64,000 nt of DNA from the NCBI RefSeq assembly GCF_009914755.1, contig NC_060930.1; one strand, written 5' to 3'. A program made the translations under genes and the position numbers. Shown here one piece after another: positions 13,276-28,551 of this stretch (positions within the stretch are counted from its first letter, which is position 1; each line of letters begins with the position of its first letter). This stretch comes from the human T2T-CHM13v2.0 reference genome, Homo sapiens. The notes beneath the pieces are model-generated. The model searched no databases, had not been told where the DNA came from, and saw nothing but the letters and a program-made list of their open reading frames with translations.

Positions 13276-15126
13276 GTGCAATCATTTTTAATTCACAATT
13301 TTGTTACCTGAAATATAACTCCATATTAAAAATCCCTCTCATCATACTCAGGACTCTGACCTTGCATCCTAAAACTTACCAAAGAAAACTTAAAAATACC
13401 AACATCTCAGAAGCTCTTTCTTTTTCTTTTACCGTCATTGCACTTGACTATATCAGGATGGGCTGAAGGATGACAGCAGATCTCATAACACGGGCTAGAA
13501 ATTCAGGGACTGTGCATTCTGGTTGTGGCTTTGACGTTCGCATATTTATAACCCCAGGGAAATTATTTGAGCTCTTTCTCTGGTCCATGACATACTTGTC
13601 AAGTCATGTAGGATTTATGATAAATGTCATGTGTGATCTATGCTAGATGCTGAAAACTAAACATGGGCTTATCTTCTTAGCAGGATAAAATAATTAGCAC
13701 ATTCATTTATTAGAGCAGTAGTTTCTCCCAAAATTGCAGCTCTCTGAATCCCAACCAAATCGGATGCATTTGACTTTTAAGTAGGTGTCCTCACGCATAG
13801 CCAGGTTTGAGGAAGCTTGGAATTACAGAACAGGCTTGAAAACTGCTTCTGCAATGGAGACCGACCATCCATCTTTAAAAGAAATTAGTTCAAACTTTTG
13901 TCCTCCTGCCTAATTTGTCAGTAACTACTGAAAGATGGCCATGTGTGAATCATCGCAGACATGCCAAGTCTTGAGCCCTTGCAGTTCACAGCAAGATCTA
14001 GGCTGTCAGCTGCTCATGCACATTCTCGTGGAACCAGACATGAGGGTTTGACTTAACCCAGTTCATTGGTATGCTTTGTTTAAAAGAAAACTATAAAACG
14101 AGGAAGAGAGAGTCAGCATTTTCTGTTGTATAGCTTTCTGTTGTATATTTCAAGACCTCAAAAGTTTTGGATACAGTGCAATTTCACAAACTTATTACAC
14201 CACCAAAAAGAAGAGTCTCTTAAAAGAAAAAGACCTCAGACATGGATGTGTGCCTTTGCATACCAGGTTGTAATGATATTTCTCAGCAAATTCACCACTT
14301 CTTAGATAACTGTCTGCCAGAAAAAATAAAAATTACTGATGAAAACAGACTTCCCCAAAAGGATGTATTTTAAAAATGTTTTTCCAGCTGTGCCCACTCC
14401 CACCCTCCATCCTGCCCTTTTGTGCACTCTTTTTTTCTGCTTCCTCAAAATAATACTTTGAGCTAGTGGCTTAAAGGACACCAGGACTTTAATGTCTTCT
14501 AATGCAACAGAATCATGAGTTCTAAGGAATATTTGTAATTGGCAAATTTTCCTGGGTCAAGTTGCCCAGTCCTTGAAATCCCCCTTCCCAAATCAAGAGT
14601 TTATTTTGAAATCTGTGTTCCTCTAATAACTCAGTCAGTTCAGACTGGGACTATAATCTATGTCTTGGCTTAGGAGCAAAACATTTTCTTAGAGTCATAG
14701 GACTCTTAATTGTAGTGTTGGGTTCCCTGATTTCTATCTGACAGTTTACTTCCCAAATATCCCTAACATTTGCCTCCTCACCTCCTTTCCCAAAGCTTCT
14801 GCTTTGCTTCAGACACCCCACCTGGCTCTTTACAACAGCCTTCTAATTTCTCACTTTTCTTTCTAGGACATCCTGTATGCTACAGCCAAAGTAATCTGGT
14901 CTCCTCTATACACATCTGACTGGGCTAGCCTTTCCTTAAAATCTTCTCAAAAACTCCCCAACCTCCATGGCAAAGACTTTCAACATGTTTTATGTTCCAA
15001 CACATCTAAGGAAAATCATGAAGGAACACATCTAAGGAAAGCCATTATTGCTAATAATGGTGGCTTTATGGTCAACTGAGTAGAGTACAGTCTCCAAGCT
15101 GTTCATGAGCTTGTGCTCATTCTCGT

Positions 15127-15511
15127 ACTATGGTTTGAATGATTGACCCCTCCAAAACTCATTTTGAAATTAATTGTCATAGTGACAGTGTTGGGAGTTG
15201 AGAGCTTTAAGAATTATTTAGGTCATGAGGGTTCCTCCTTTATGAATGAGTTAATGTCATTACAGCAAGATTAGGTTCCTTACTGAGGGAGTTGGGTTCA
15301 CCCTCTCTTGCTCATGCTCTCTCCCCTTCTCTTTGTCCTTCTGCAATGTGACGTCCTCTACCATGTGATGATTCAGCAATGCCCGAGACAGATGCTTCCA
15401 CCTTGATGTTGGAATTCTCAGCCTCCAGAACCGTGAGCCAATGCATTTCTGTCTATTATAAAGTTCCCAGTCTCTGGTATTCTGTCATAGCAATACAAAA
15501 GATACTAAGCA
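15127..15511 (+). mobile_element. MST-type MaLR LTR
   Basis: tactatggtttgaatg start; ...ctggtattctgtcatagcaatacaaaagatactaag end. Confidence 0.8.
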
Positions 15512-15966
15512 CATTCCTCCTTTCTAGTCCTCTGTGAGACTCATTTAGCCACTCATTTCTAATAGCTTTCGGGTTGTAGGGGCTGCGCTTGCTGCTATAT
15601 TGGGGTTTTCCAGGGAACAGTGAGTTGTATTTGAGACTGGGAATCTTTCCCATGGGGAATTCTTTAATGTCAACAGAATAATTCAGGATGAAATTGGAAG
15701 ATTTATTTTGAGACTGGGAGAAGGTATTGGTGGAGCTAACTGTGGAGGACTGTGGAGGACTGGGAAGAAGGACATATGAACTTTATTTGGAGATTGTTTT
15801 CTTTACACCAACTTTCCATTAAAACAAAAGATTTAAAAATGAGATAAATTGCTAAAATGAAAAACTAAAATAAAGCAAATATAGTGAAAGAGAAAAAGGA
15901 TAAAATAGATTAAAAATAATAAGAGATTATGTCAAGCAATATCCTTAAGCTGATTTAAATAACTTA

Positions 15967-16895
<929 letters not shown>

Positions 16896-17826
16896 CCGGG
16901 TACTTCTTATTCTTTTTGGCTTCTTATTTAGTATGCCTATCAGGCATCTGTATTTGAATAGTACCAGAAGGTAGGCCTGGCTAATTCTGTGTTTGAGCTA
17001 AAACAAACTACCATGCTAGGGTAGACTCAGCCTCTCCCTTCGTCCAGGCCACTCAGACACAACATCTGGAAATGACTGCATGTTTCTGAAAAGAATGGAA
17101 AGCAGGCCGGCAGCAGACACTAAAGAGCCATTTAAATTTATTCTGGAAGAGTAATCAACTCCAAACTGCAGCCTAAAGCTGTGAGCTATGGGCACATTGA
17201 AAGTTGATGTCATCATCTCCTTCCTTTGCATCTATGAACTGAGAGTCTTTCCTTCTATATCAAAGCAAAAAACAGAACACGGGACCCTAAATAGATTTGT
17301 GCTATGATCCTGATGGCTGCATGTCATAGTACGTGTTCTCATATGTACTAAAGCACACAATGAAATTATTTTACAAAAATACTACCACTCATTGTGATCA
17401 AATTACTGTCTCAAAAATGGTAAGATATAGCAAGAGCATTTCTGCTTTCATCTTCAAACCTATGTCAACCATTTCAACACTGTAAACTTGGGGACTGTTT
17501 ATCGACAGAAACATAGTAGTGTCATCTTGTATGCAGAGCCCACGACAAGACACCCCAAGGGCACATCTTTTGGGGAAACCAAATTTAACATCTTTCTCAG
17601 TCAAGATGACCCTATCCATTGAGACTTCCTTACTTAAGTATCTTAAAAATCGTAGCCTTATATTAAATGTAAACCCTTCCTCACAATTCTAATGCCAAAA
17701 TCACTCACCAGTGAGACAGCAGAACCAACAAAGGATGCAAGGACCTTCAGAAAAATTGCCTTGTAGAATTGACCAACCCACCTCATTACATTTGAAATGT
17801 AAGCATGGGTTGGCATTTAGCAAAAC

Positions 17827-18122
17827 TTTTTTTTTTTTTTGAGACTAAGTCTCGCTCTGTCACCCAGGCTGAAGTGCAGTGGTGTGATCTCAGTTCACTT
17901 CAGCCTCTGCCTCCTGAGTTTAAGCAATTCCCCTGCCTCTGCCACCCGACTAGCTGGGATTAGAGTCATGTGCCACCATGCCCGGCTAATTTTTGTATTT
18001 TTAGCAGATATGGGGTTTCACCATGTTGGCCAGGTTGGTCTTGAACTCCTGGCCTCAAGTGATCTGCCCGCCTCAACCTCGCAACGTGCAGGGATTACAG
18101 GCATGAACCACTGTGCCTGGCC
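17827..18122 (-). mobile_element. Alu (Sz/Sx type)
   Basis: TSD tagcaaaact at 17818 and 18123. Confidence 0.95.
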
Positions 18123-19160
18123 TAGCAAAACTGTTTTTAAAGGACTGCTGGTTTACTAGCTACTTGAATATAGCACAGTTTCTGGTGTGGGGCTGCTCTC
18201 AGTGAGAATAAGTAGGCACGTAGCTAGTTTCATAAAAGGGAGGGCCCTGTGGCTCACCGCTCTCCCCAGGCAGCCTGGGGAACAGGACCTGCACCGGCCC
18301 ACCTTGCGGCTGCTACTAGGAGCTAGTGGAGGGCTTGCTGGGCCTTCCTAGACCAGGAAAAGAAACTTAATTAACCTTTAATTAGGCAAAATATATAGGT
18401 GTAAAGTCTTATGCTATAAAGCTTTACTAAGACCAATCACAAGGAGGTCACATTTTCACACAAAATTGTTTGAACTAAACCAAAAAGGAAAACAAAACCA
18501 AACCAAAAACCCTGAATCTTCTTGAAATGACAACACTCCTTAAAGGCTAAGTGCCTTGGATGGCCATATATTTGCATAATGACTTGCTTTTTGTTCCTTT
18601 GTTTGTTCTCACTAATTGCTTTAGAATACCTCTTTTACTCTGCTCTTTGTCATCTTGATAGAGCCCAGTCCTTTGATATGGACAATGGGATCCTTAAAGG
18701 CGCAGTGTAAAAAAGGAAGCCTGGCCTGGCCTGTGGAGCGTGGGAGAACCAGAGCCTGGAGGAGAGGACTAGATGGATCCCTGGAGTTTTCCCTTTAGAG
18801 CTTTCTGGTTAACATCAAGAGAAAAGGAGTTAGAGGATTTGGGGAGAACTTAGACCTGAATACTTTTCTCTCTCTGGACTTTAAGGTCCTCCAACTATGA
18901 GTGAATAAAATCTCCTAAATTGCCAGAAACCAACTGGTCCCTGACTCCACCAAGTTCCCTGGACATCTATGAGTCTAAGACTATAGTTAGGATGGTTCTA
19001 AGACTGGCAGTAACTTCCCACAAATTCCAAATGCAACTGCACTGAGCTCACACAGGCCAGGCCCAGGACATCAAACAATGTTTGCTGAAGAAAGAACTCT
19101 TCGTAACTGACGATCTTTTGTCCTAAATTCCGGCCTAAGCCTTGTTATTTTGATATTTGG

Positions 19161-19531
19161 TTTATTAGTCCATTCTCACGCTACTGTAAGGACATACCCA
19201 AGACTGGGTAATTTATAAAGGAAGGAGGTTTAATTGACTCACAGTTATGCAGGGCTGGGGAGGCTTTAGAAAACTTACGATCATGGCAGAAGGGGAAGTA
19301 AACACATTCTTCTTCACACAGCAGCAGGAGAGAAAGTGCAGAACGAAGGGGAGGCAAAAGCCCCTTATAAAACCATAGATCTCATGAGAACTCACTATCA
19401 CGAGAACAGCATAGAGGTAACTGCTCCCATGATTCAATTACCTCCCACCAGATCCCTCCCATGATACGTGAGGAGTATGGGAACTACAATTCAAGATGAG
19501 ATTTGGGTGGGGACACAGCCAAACCATATCA
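19161..19531 (-). mobile_element. THE1 (C/D-like) MaLR solo LTR
   Basis: ttattagtccattctcacgctac ... gggacacagccaaaccatatca; perfect 5-bp TSD tttgg. Confidence 0.92.
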
Positions 19532-19858
19532 TTTGGCTTCCTTTCCATTGGCCTTGGCAAACCCAGTAAAATCCCCTCTGGCCCTACCTCTCTTGGTTGT
19601 ATAACTGTCAGGATTGGAGATTAGGCTTGCCTCATTCTTGCTACAGGCTGTCTTGAAGATAAAAAACTATGGCCCTCATCTTGTCTTTGTCCATTATTCC
19701 TGTTTTTGTAAGTTCACGAGAAGCCCAGGACTACTTACTACTAGGTGACCATGCATCACCACATGAGTCTGTACATCCCCTTAACCAAACCGTGACCCAC
19801 ACAAACAATATGAATCATATGACACCAGGACATCCTATGTAGACACACTTACTCTCAC

Positions 19859-20223
19859 TGTCTTAGTCTGTTCTGGCTGCTATAACAAAATACCATAGAC
19901 TGGATGACTTATAAACAACAGAAATCTATTTCTCACAGTTATGGAGGCTGGGAAGTTCAAGATTAAGACACCAGCAGATTTGGTGTCTGTGTGAGGTGGG
20001 GGATGCTTTATCGTGGATGACCGTTTTCTCACTCTAATCTCACATAGTGGAAGGGCAAGTGGTCTCTCTGGCCTCTTTTATAAGGCCACTAATGCCATTC
20101 ATGAGGTCTCTGTCTCCATGACCTAATTATTTCCCAAAGGTTCCACCTCCTAATACTATTACCTTGAGGATAAAGATTTCAACATATGAATTTCAGTAGA
20201 ACATGAACATTCAGACCATAGCA
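19859..20223 (-). mobile_element. MLT1A/MSTD-like MaLR LTR
   Basis: tgtcttagtctgttctggctgctataacaaaataccatagactgg ... aacattcagaccatagca. Confidence 0.85.
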
Positions 20224-20392
20224 CATACAAACATATCATGTACACATACACACATATACTATGCACACATAGGTACACCACACACACCCAAAACCACACC
20301 ATTCACATATGACAACACTCAAACACATCCTACATACCATATACACATCACACATAACATGTCTACAAGTACATACCACATGCACACATATG
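20224..20392. repeat. Degenerate CA/CATA low-complexity tract
   Basis: cacatac/cacacac-rich text. Confidence 0.8.
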
Positions 20393-22001
20393 CTTGAAAC
20401 AACAGATTCATAAAGCTGGACTTCATTCTACTATCCACTCATATTGTTTATGTAATCCTGTTTTATTTTTTAAAACTACTAATCACAATGTGCTAAGTTG
20501 ATTCCACAAAATGCTAATATGTGGCAACTTGCAGTTGGAAAACCACTGTCCTCATGATGAAAGAAGCCCATTATCAGCAAGAACATACCTGTGTCCATGG
20601 CTTCTCTTCACTTTCATCGCACCTGAGCCTGGCTCTCCTTTGAAGACATCATGCTTCTGCCAACACTCTCAAGTGGAGATGGCCTCCTCTTTTACCACCT
20701 TTGTTCCACTGCTCCTTGAGGTGTTCCTCTTGTTTCTCTTTGCTGTTTCCAGATTATTCTTCATCTGTCTTCCTTAAAAGCCTCCACTTTCATCCTCACA
20801 TGTTATAGAGTATACACCCAATACTTTTCTCTTTTGTTTTTGTCATTGTCTCTCCGTTGAAGTTTTCAGCCCTTGAAGATTTTAGCACAGCCATGCAATC
20901 TAGGACCTCTTCCATGATAATTCTTTGTGATGTCCATAAATATCTGTTCAATGACTGAGTGAACTGACTTTTTCTTGGTTTGATTTGGGTGATCTCAACT
21001 CCATAGGGTATACTGCAAATGAGTCTAGCTGTTACCTGTGGATTTCCTACTCTAAGACAGCCTATCTGAGCCTAAAGGAGTGTTTCCCAAACAAGGCCAT
21101 ATTAGAGCTTTTTCAGTTTATAAAATATGCTCTCCGTGTCACCAGAACTCAGTCAGGCACAATGAATGCTGGGAACTGCAGCAGCAAGTCTAATACCAGA
21201 TGGCACAAGTCAGCATGTATGACCCTGTGAGCCTTTAACTGCATTTCATTCTTCATGAGGATTAGGTCAGGAACTATGCCAGACAAGTTTGCAAGTGCCA
21301 GTCCTCCAGCTGAACAGGATCTGCAAAAGAGCAAGCTTAGTTTTACATGAATCAAGATGGATTTTTCTCTTGGGTTTTTATTTTTGGCATTTTAGGATTA
21401 TTATTATAAAGGTCAATAATAAGAGCAACTGCCTGTCAGTTACCTGGCACCGTGCATGGCATTTTTCATATATTATGTAATGTAAACCTCTCAATAATGA
21501 CAGAAAGTAGGAGATTATTATTCTTGACTTAGAAATGGCCAGTCAGTCACTCAAGTAACAGCCTGATTACAGATGTGCTTAGCTGATTAAGGATGTGCTT
21601 AGCTTGAACAAAACAGGACAAACAAGGGGCAGAAGGAGGCCCTGAAGGTGAAGGACAAACTCTGCAGTCCTCTACCAGGAGGGACTTGGCAAATGCTAGT
21701 GGAAAGAAAGGCAGGAGAACATTTCTTGAAGGCCTTCAAATTCCTGAGGTTCTCCAGTCTCCCTTTTCTAAGTGGGGGACACCTGCTCTCAGCTGTGTGC
21801 CACAGGACAGAAGCAAAGCTGGGAAGGTCATGCCTCTGTCTTCCTACTATAAGGCACTCAGGAAGGAGCCCCAGGGTTGGCATTTTAGAAGCCTTATTGA
21901 TTACCACCCAGATGTGTCTTTACCCTCTCCCAGTGAAACATGCTCACCCAAAATTCAGACCAATATTTAGATATTCATCGAAAATATGCTTGTAATTTTA
22001 A

Positions 22002-22316
<315 letters not shown>

Positions 22317-22389
22317 TAGGCTTTTACTAACTTAGTAGTTTGGTGACACTTGAAAGGGATTCCTCACATGATCCCTTGAGCCCAGGAAT

Positions 22390-22750
22390 TTGTCGTGAAC
22401 TGCATGCTTGTGTTCCCCTCTCCAATATTCATATGTTGAAACTTTAACCCCCAAAATGATATTGACAAAGATGGTGTCCTAGGGAGGAATTAGGTTTAGA
22501 TGAGGTCATGAGGGTGGGGTGCCCTATGATGGGATCAATGCCCTTATAAGTAAAGGAAAAGAGATCAGAGTTTTCCTCTCTCCACCATGTAAGGATACTA
22601 GATGATGGCTGTTTGTAAACCAATAAGGCAGCCCTTACCAGACACCAGATTTGTAGGCTCCTTGGAATTCCAAGGATTGTGAGAAATAAATGTGTACTGT
22701 TTAAGCCACCCAGTCTATGGTATTCTGTTATGGCAGCCTGAACTTACTCA
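22390..22750 (+). mobile_element. MLT1A-like MaLR LTR
   Basis: ttcatatgttgaaactttaacccc...gagaaataaatgtgtactgtttaagccacccagtctatggtattctgttatggcagcc. Confidence 0.82.
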
Positions 22751-22967
22751 GAGAGTATCTCAGGCCCAAAAGGGAGACTCAGTGTTTTTATCTAACTGGA
22801 TTCCTCATCAGTTATAATGATGGAATTAAAGTTCAGAGCAGTGAACAAGGTTTTTCATGGCATGGCCAATATAAATAGCAGAGGAAAACTGGAATCCACG
22901 TACTTTCTGCTGTCACCAGCATAGACCAGCTAGAGCAGGTAACTGCTGAAGATTCTTTGTGTAATTA

Positions 22968-23320
<353 letters not shown>

Positions 23321-24589
23321 TCATTTTTGGTGCCAATTAAATGGGTGCAGTTACTGAATCCATCTGAAATAACAATGGATCCTTAAAGAATGCCTTGAGA
23401 AATCTTGAGACTTGTTTCTGAAGTTAGGCTTTAGACTATTTCTCCCAGCAGTACAGACCAATCCTTTCCTGGGAGGTTTCTGCACAGTGACAGGATAATG
23501 TTAAGGGAAGTGACACAAAAGGGAGAATCTTACATATTCATAAGCAGCTTCTAGCAATGTCAGAGAGGCTGTTATAATCATGCTGGTCTTAATAAGCTTG
23601 TTAACGGACCTATAGAAAACAACTGTAGCAGTTATTTTGATCAATTATGGATATACCACATCCAGAGTCTTTTCATCTTGCCCTCCTGGATGTTGGTGAG
23701 TGCTTTTATAAATACCATAGTAAGCAGAGGCAGCTGGCTCTCAACTGACTATTGTGTGAGTAATTGGCATCACCAGATACCAGGTGATTTGATCTGTCAT
23801 GATAATGTCTGTGCACCATTTGAATGAAATGAAGTAGCACATTTACTCAAGGACGGCTTTTTTCTTACTGAATCTTCAAAAACAACGTGGGTAGAACCCT
23901 CCATAGCCCAAGCGGGTTGTAGAATGTGTCTAACATTTAAAAGGATGATTGAGGGGATCCTCAGAAGAGTGGGTCAGTAGAGAGTGGAGAAACTAGATGG
24001 TTTTATGGAGGAGTTCCTGCTCGGGAGACGTCCTGGTTGGGTAGGTGATGGTGGTGTAGAATGGTGCTGAGGGTATCATCTACCCTGTGGCTGACTGTGC
24101 GGAGCATCCAGGCTCTATGCTGAACTTTCAGCCTGTGCCAAGTGTCAGGTGTATCCTTCACACTACTGGACATATGATTCCTGCCTGCCCATCTGCTCCT
24201 ACACTCATGGGGGCTTGTTGTAGAACAACTGAATTAAACCCTCAAGCCTTGGTTCTGGCAATTTCTAGACTTATCGTCCATACCTTTAATAACCCAATGT
24301 ACCTCATAATTTAGTCTATATTCCAGAAGCAATACAAAGACCTGGAGCTTCTTACCTTAAAACAAAACAAACAAACAAACAAAGAAGAAGCAAATCCTCA
24401 GCATAACTAGAAGATACAAAACTCTTCAAACTTCAAATTACACACAAGTAGAAAATTGTGCACTGAGTTCTCAGCAGTGCCTTCTCTGAAGCTCATGCCA
24501 CAAACCCCTGCAGAAAGCAAAGGAGAGGGGAGGGTCTGGAAAAACTAGATGGAACAGTGAAGAGAGGGTTGTGCTGAAATCATTCCCAG

Positions 24590-26130
24590 AAAAAGAAAGT
24601 CTACTCTAAGTAGTAAAATAGTGAAAAAAGGAAGGGAGTTACCAATATAGGAAGAATGAAGAGTAGAATGAACACTGTGCTGCAGGATTGGAATTGTCAA
24701 TATCCAAATAAACTTATGGCTTTTAATGGATGGATAGATAGATAGCTAGATACATACGTGGATAGATAGAAACAAAAATACATATATTAGGTTGGTGCAA
24801 AAGTTAATTGTAGTTTTTCCCATTACTGCTAATGGTAAATACAGCAATTATTTTGCACCAACCTTATATATATGTATATATGTATGTATAGTGTGTGTGC
24901 ATGATAAACACCTACATGTATTTCCTATTTCTGTCCTTTTAGAGGCCCTAGAAGCAGCAATACTCTGACAGCAATTACCATATCTAATGCTCACATTTCG
25001 GTTTTAAATACCCTTTTCCACTAAAAGGGACAAGACTTCTCAGCAAAATGACTGAATCCAGGGCTGTGATTGGGAAAGTATAAGATTAATCTGGAATATC
25101 TTGTGACACTGAAAAGTAAGTGCGTGCTTAGAGGATGATTGGGGACCAGTCAAAAAGATACAGGTGATAAATCAAAGGCCACATCTGCACACCATGACAC
25201 CGTGGACAAATGGACACATGGATACACAAAAAAATAATGATAGTAACAGATAATATACCACTGAATAAAATAACTCATGAGTTCATACTCATATAAATGA
25301 ATATATAACTAGGGAAGAAAGAAAGCCCTTTGTTATTGAAGCTCTTAGATGCCAACTAATAAACATAGAAGGAATGATGGAATTAGAATTTTGCTATTTG
25401 ACACCATCATAGTAAACATCCTGGGTTAAGAAGTATCAATGGATGTTAAAACCAGTAGGTTAAAGTTTGACAAGGAAGAGAACATTGACATAGTATCAAA
25501 GCATCTTCTATAAATTACTTAATAGTTAGAAAGAGAAAATAATAACTTAACAGCAGGGAAACCTGGCTGGCAGACACCACCTTAGCAAAGTGATCAAATC
25601 ATCATTCCTGAGGTATCCCTGCCAAAAATGCAAAATCAAGAGAAAACATAAGAGAAACCCCAAATGAGGAACATCTACAAAGTAACTAGTCTTTACTTTT
25701 CAAAAACATCAAGGTCATAAAAGACAAAACCACATTTTTTAAAGATAAGTAGCTGTTCCTGATTATAAAAGATGAAAGAGACATGACAACTAAATGTAAT
25801 ATATAATTTCAGTTTGGATTCTGGATCAGGAAAATAAAATTATTTTAATTTCTTCTTTTCTTTTTTCTGTAAAGAGCATTATTAGGACTATTGGCAAAAT
25901 CTGAATACAGTATCTTGTTTAGATGGTGACATCAATATTCATTCTGTAATTTTGATAATTATACTGTCACATAAAAGAATGTCCTTGTTCTTAAGAAATA
26001 CATAATGACATTTTTAGGGTAAAAAGATAATGAGAACGCAGGTGGGGCAAAATGTGAACAATTGGAAATGATGTACTATTCTTGCATCTTTGCTATAAGT
26101 TTGAAATTACTTGAAATTTCAAAGTTATAA
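24590..26130 (+). mobile_element. L1MC4-like LINE-1 3' region
   Basis: Long L1MC4-type 3' UTR text (gaaacctggc...caccaccttagcaaagtgatcaa; gagacatgacaactaaatg; tttgctataagtttgaaatt). Confidence 0.65.
24785..24868. mobile_element. MADE1 mariner MITE, full length (miR-548-type palindrome)
   Basis: ta-ttaggttggtgcaaaag ... ttttgcaccaacctta-ta, about 80 bp with TA target. Confidence 0.92.
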
Positions 26131-26264
26131 AATTGAACAAAAGCTTAAAGATTCCACTACATGTAAAGTGCCTAACAGCAAGGCTGACCAAGAGCTGTCA
26201 AGCTTTGGCAAAATAAGTAAATAAGAAAACTCAATTTCTAGTGAAGTAAATAAACATGACGCAG

Positions 26265-26708
26265 TCATAGAACTAAAGGAATTGCTTTATTTTTTTCATT
26301 TTGTTTCCAATTTGATATGTTAGAACAAATAAAATTCTCTTCTCTAGAATACTGAGGAATAAAGATATTAAACCTCTGTGATGCGGAGTATTCCACCCAG
26401 GTTCCCTAGGATGTTATCAGAACAGATGTGTTCATTGTCCCGGAGCATCACAATAACTAAAGTGGAAAGATAATCTCCATGCAGGATCTCGGATAAAGGT
26501 GACAGAAGAAAGAGATCACAGCATCTCCCATCCTAAACACCTATAGAAGTGAAAAAGAGAAGGGCTCCTCTATCTTGCCCCCAGCCCCCAATTATCAGTA
26601 GAGCATTCATAAGAAAAAAGGAGAGACTTACCCTTCAAATTCCAAAGTCTGACAAGCAGAGAAAAAGAAACGTTCTGGCACAGCGGGGCATTCTTAGAAC
26701 TCCGAAGT
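26265..26708 (-). ncRNA. Putative small two-exon transcript (predicted from motifs only)
   Basis: Minus strand: TATAAAGG 26733-26726, Inr CCACTTC, donor AAGG|GTAAGT at 26632/26631, acceptor TCTCTTTTTCACTTCTATAG|G at 26541/26540, AATAAA 26291-26286. Confidence 0.35.
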
Positions 26709-27435
26709 GGCAATGAGGAAAGATTCCTTTATAAACCCTTAAAGAATTGTCAAAATACCTTGCCAATTCTACCTGTTCCCCTAGCATGCTCCCACTTCCA
26801 CACACTCCCTGCAGTATCCTGATTTGTAGAGAAGTAATCTAAAGGGCTAAGTAAGCAGACTGGAGAAAAGTCAATAAAAAAACTTCTAGAATCTCAAAAA
26901 AGGTAGGAAGTACTACCCATTCTTCCCAGTTCCTGAGGTTCTTGCTCAACTGGGGACTGTTAAACCTCCTGCATGGATGGGTAGGCACTGGCCCAGGACA
27001 TCTAACAGCACAGCACAAGGCTTCTAACAAGGAGCACATCCAGCCCCCAAAGAGCCTTCCCTGCCATGTCTTGCACGCTCAGCCCACAATCAAGTACACA
27101 CAAGTCAGTTCTTCATAAGTAGCTCAGGCTATATGTAAGGTGGGGAGAGATGAAGTTTCCAAAAAAAGGTGGGGAAGGACATCAGGGAGAATTCACCCAC
27201 ATTATGCAAGAGCAAAGCAAAGGTCTGAATACAGCTGCTCAGGTTAAGCAGGAGCAAACTGACAAGAAATGGCACGGCAGCTATGTGAATGAAACCACCC
27301 TTGCAAAAGTTGTATCAGTGAGAAACTTAGTAAGCTAAGCTAACCCAACCCCTATCTTGCCTTTCCCTTAATTATTCCTGGGCTACTGGGCCAAGCTAAC
27401 TTCGGAAGACATTTAGGGTACCGTTTAAATGATAA

Positions 27436-28048
27436 TGTTGTAGGAGTTATTAAGAAATTATTTTAGGCAGACAGAGAGGAAAAGGGGTCCTTGGGAAGTT
27501 TCATTTTTAAAGCTGCTCCAGAAACGTTTTTTGTAAAGCCCTGGCTCTTAGAGCCAGGCTGGCAACCTTTGATATGCAAATGCAGGCCATTAGAAACTGG
27601 GTCCACCCAAACATTGCGATTACTGCTGCCTTCTTGCCCTTGCCGCACGTGGCCGCCCCCACATTTCCCCAGAGTGTAGAACATCCTGTCGCCCTTCATT
27701 TGCATATTAAAAGGCCAGGGTGGGACGGCCAGCTTTTTCACGGACTATGTGAATGACATGCCTATTCAAACCAATCCCCTGAGCCCTATGCAAATCAGAC
27801 ACCGCCTCCTCCAGCCTCTGTGTATATACCTGGCTGGTAACCCTGGCAGGTATGGTTCCCTCTCTCGGCTTTGGAGCCCCCCTTCCTAAGTCTCTGTACA
27901 GAGGAGGTTCTTCTTTCTTTCTTCCCCCTTCCTTCTTGCTTGTTAAACTCCCTCCTCCTTAAAACGACTCCACATATGTCCACGTCATTTTTTCTAATTT
28001 GACTCGAGACGAAGAACCTAGTGTTCTCCACCCATCAGAGCCGTATCA
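27436..28048 (+). mobile_element. ERV1 solo LTR (LTR25/LTR38-like) nested in LTR8
   Basis: tgttgtaggagttattaagaaattattttaggcag ... gagccgtatca; TSD ataa/atga. Confidence 0.75.
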
Positions 28049-28551
28049 ATGATAGGCCTTGCCCAAAACTCAATCGCTTTTGTAAAGCTAATAGGAGGCC
28101 ATCAGGCTGAGGGGAGGAGAGGAGCCTGCGTCCTGCTAAGGTGCAGACAAGTATTCCGGAGGTTATAAGATATGCAACTTCCCCCAGTTACTCCTGCAAA
28201 TACCACCACTGCTGTAGATCGGACTTTGGAGATACCTTTCCAGGTTTTCTGCATGTCTGACACCCATGGCTCCACCTGGAACCGATGACTCCACCTGCAG
28301 AGACAACCCCGCTCCTGTGGCTCCACCCTGAAGCCATTCAGCTGGCATGAGGAGAGCATCAACCCCCTATGATTTCGTCTCTGCCCCAACCAGTCAGCAG
28401 CAAGCCCCTGTTGCATGGCCACCCCCACCCGTTCCCCCAAACTGCCTTTGAAAAAACCCTAACCTATGAGCTTTGAACAAGATGATTTGAGTAGGAACTC
28501 CATCTCCCATGTGGTGTGGCCAGCCTCATGTCTGTTAAACTCTTTCTCTAC

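Noticed and set aside
13700-14120. Complex-looking unique blocks (also ~9150-9430, 17020-17260, 21000-21360, 23330-23900, 35880-36300) as possible coding exons or enhancers
   Set aside because: I found no paired splice sites with a recognisable open frame; isolated AP-1/p53-half/TEAD-like motifs are too common to call without conservation or chromatin data
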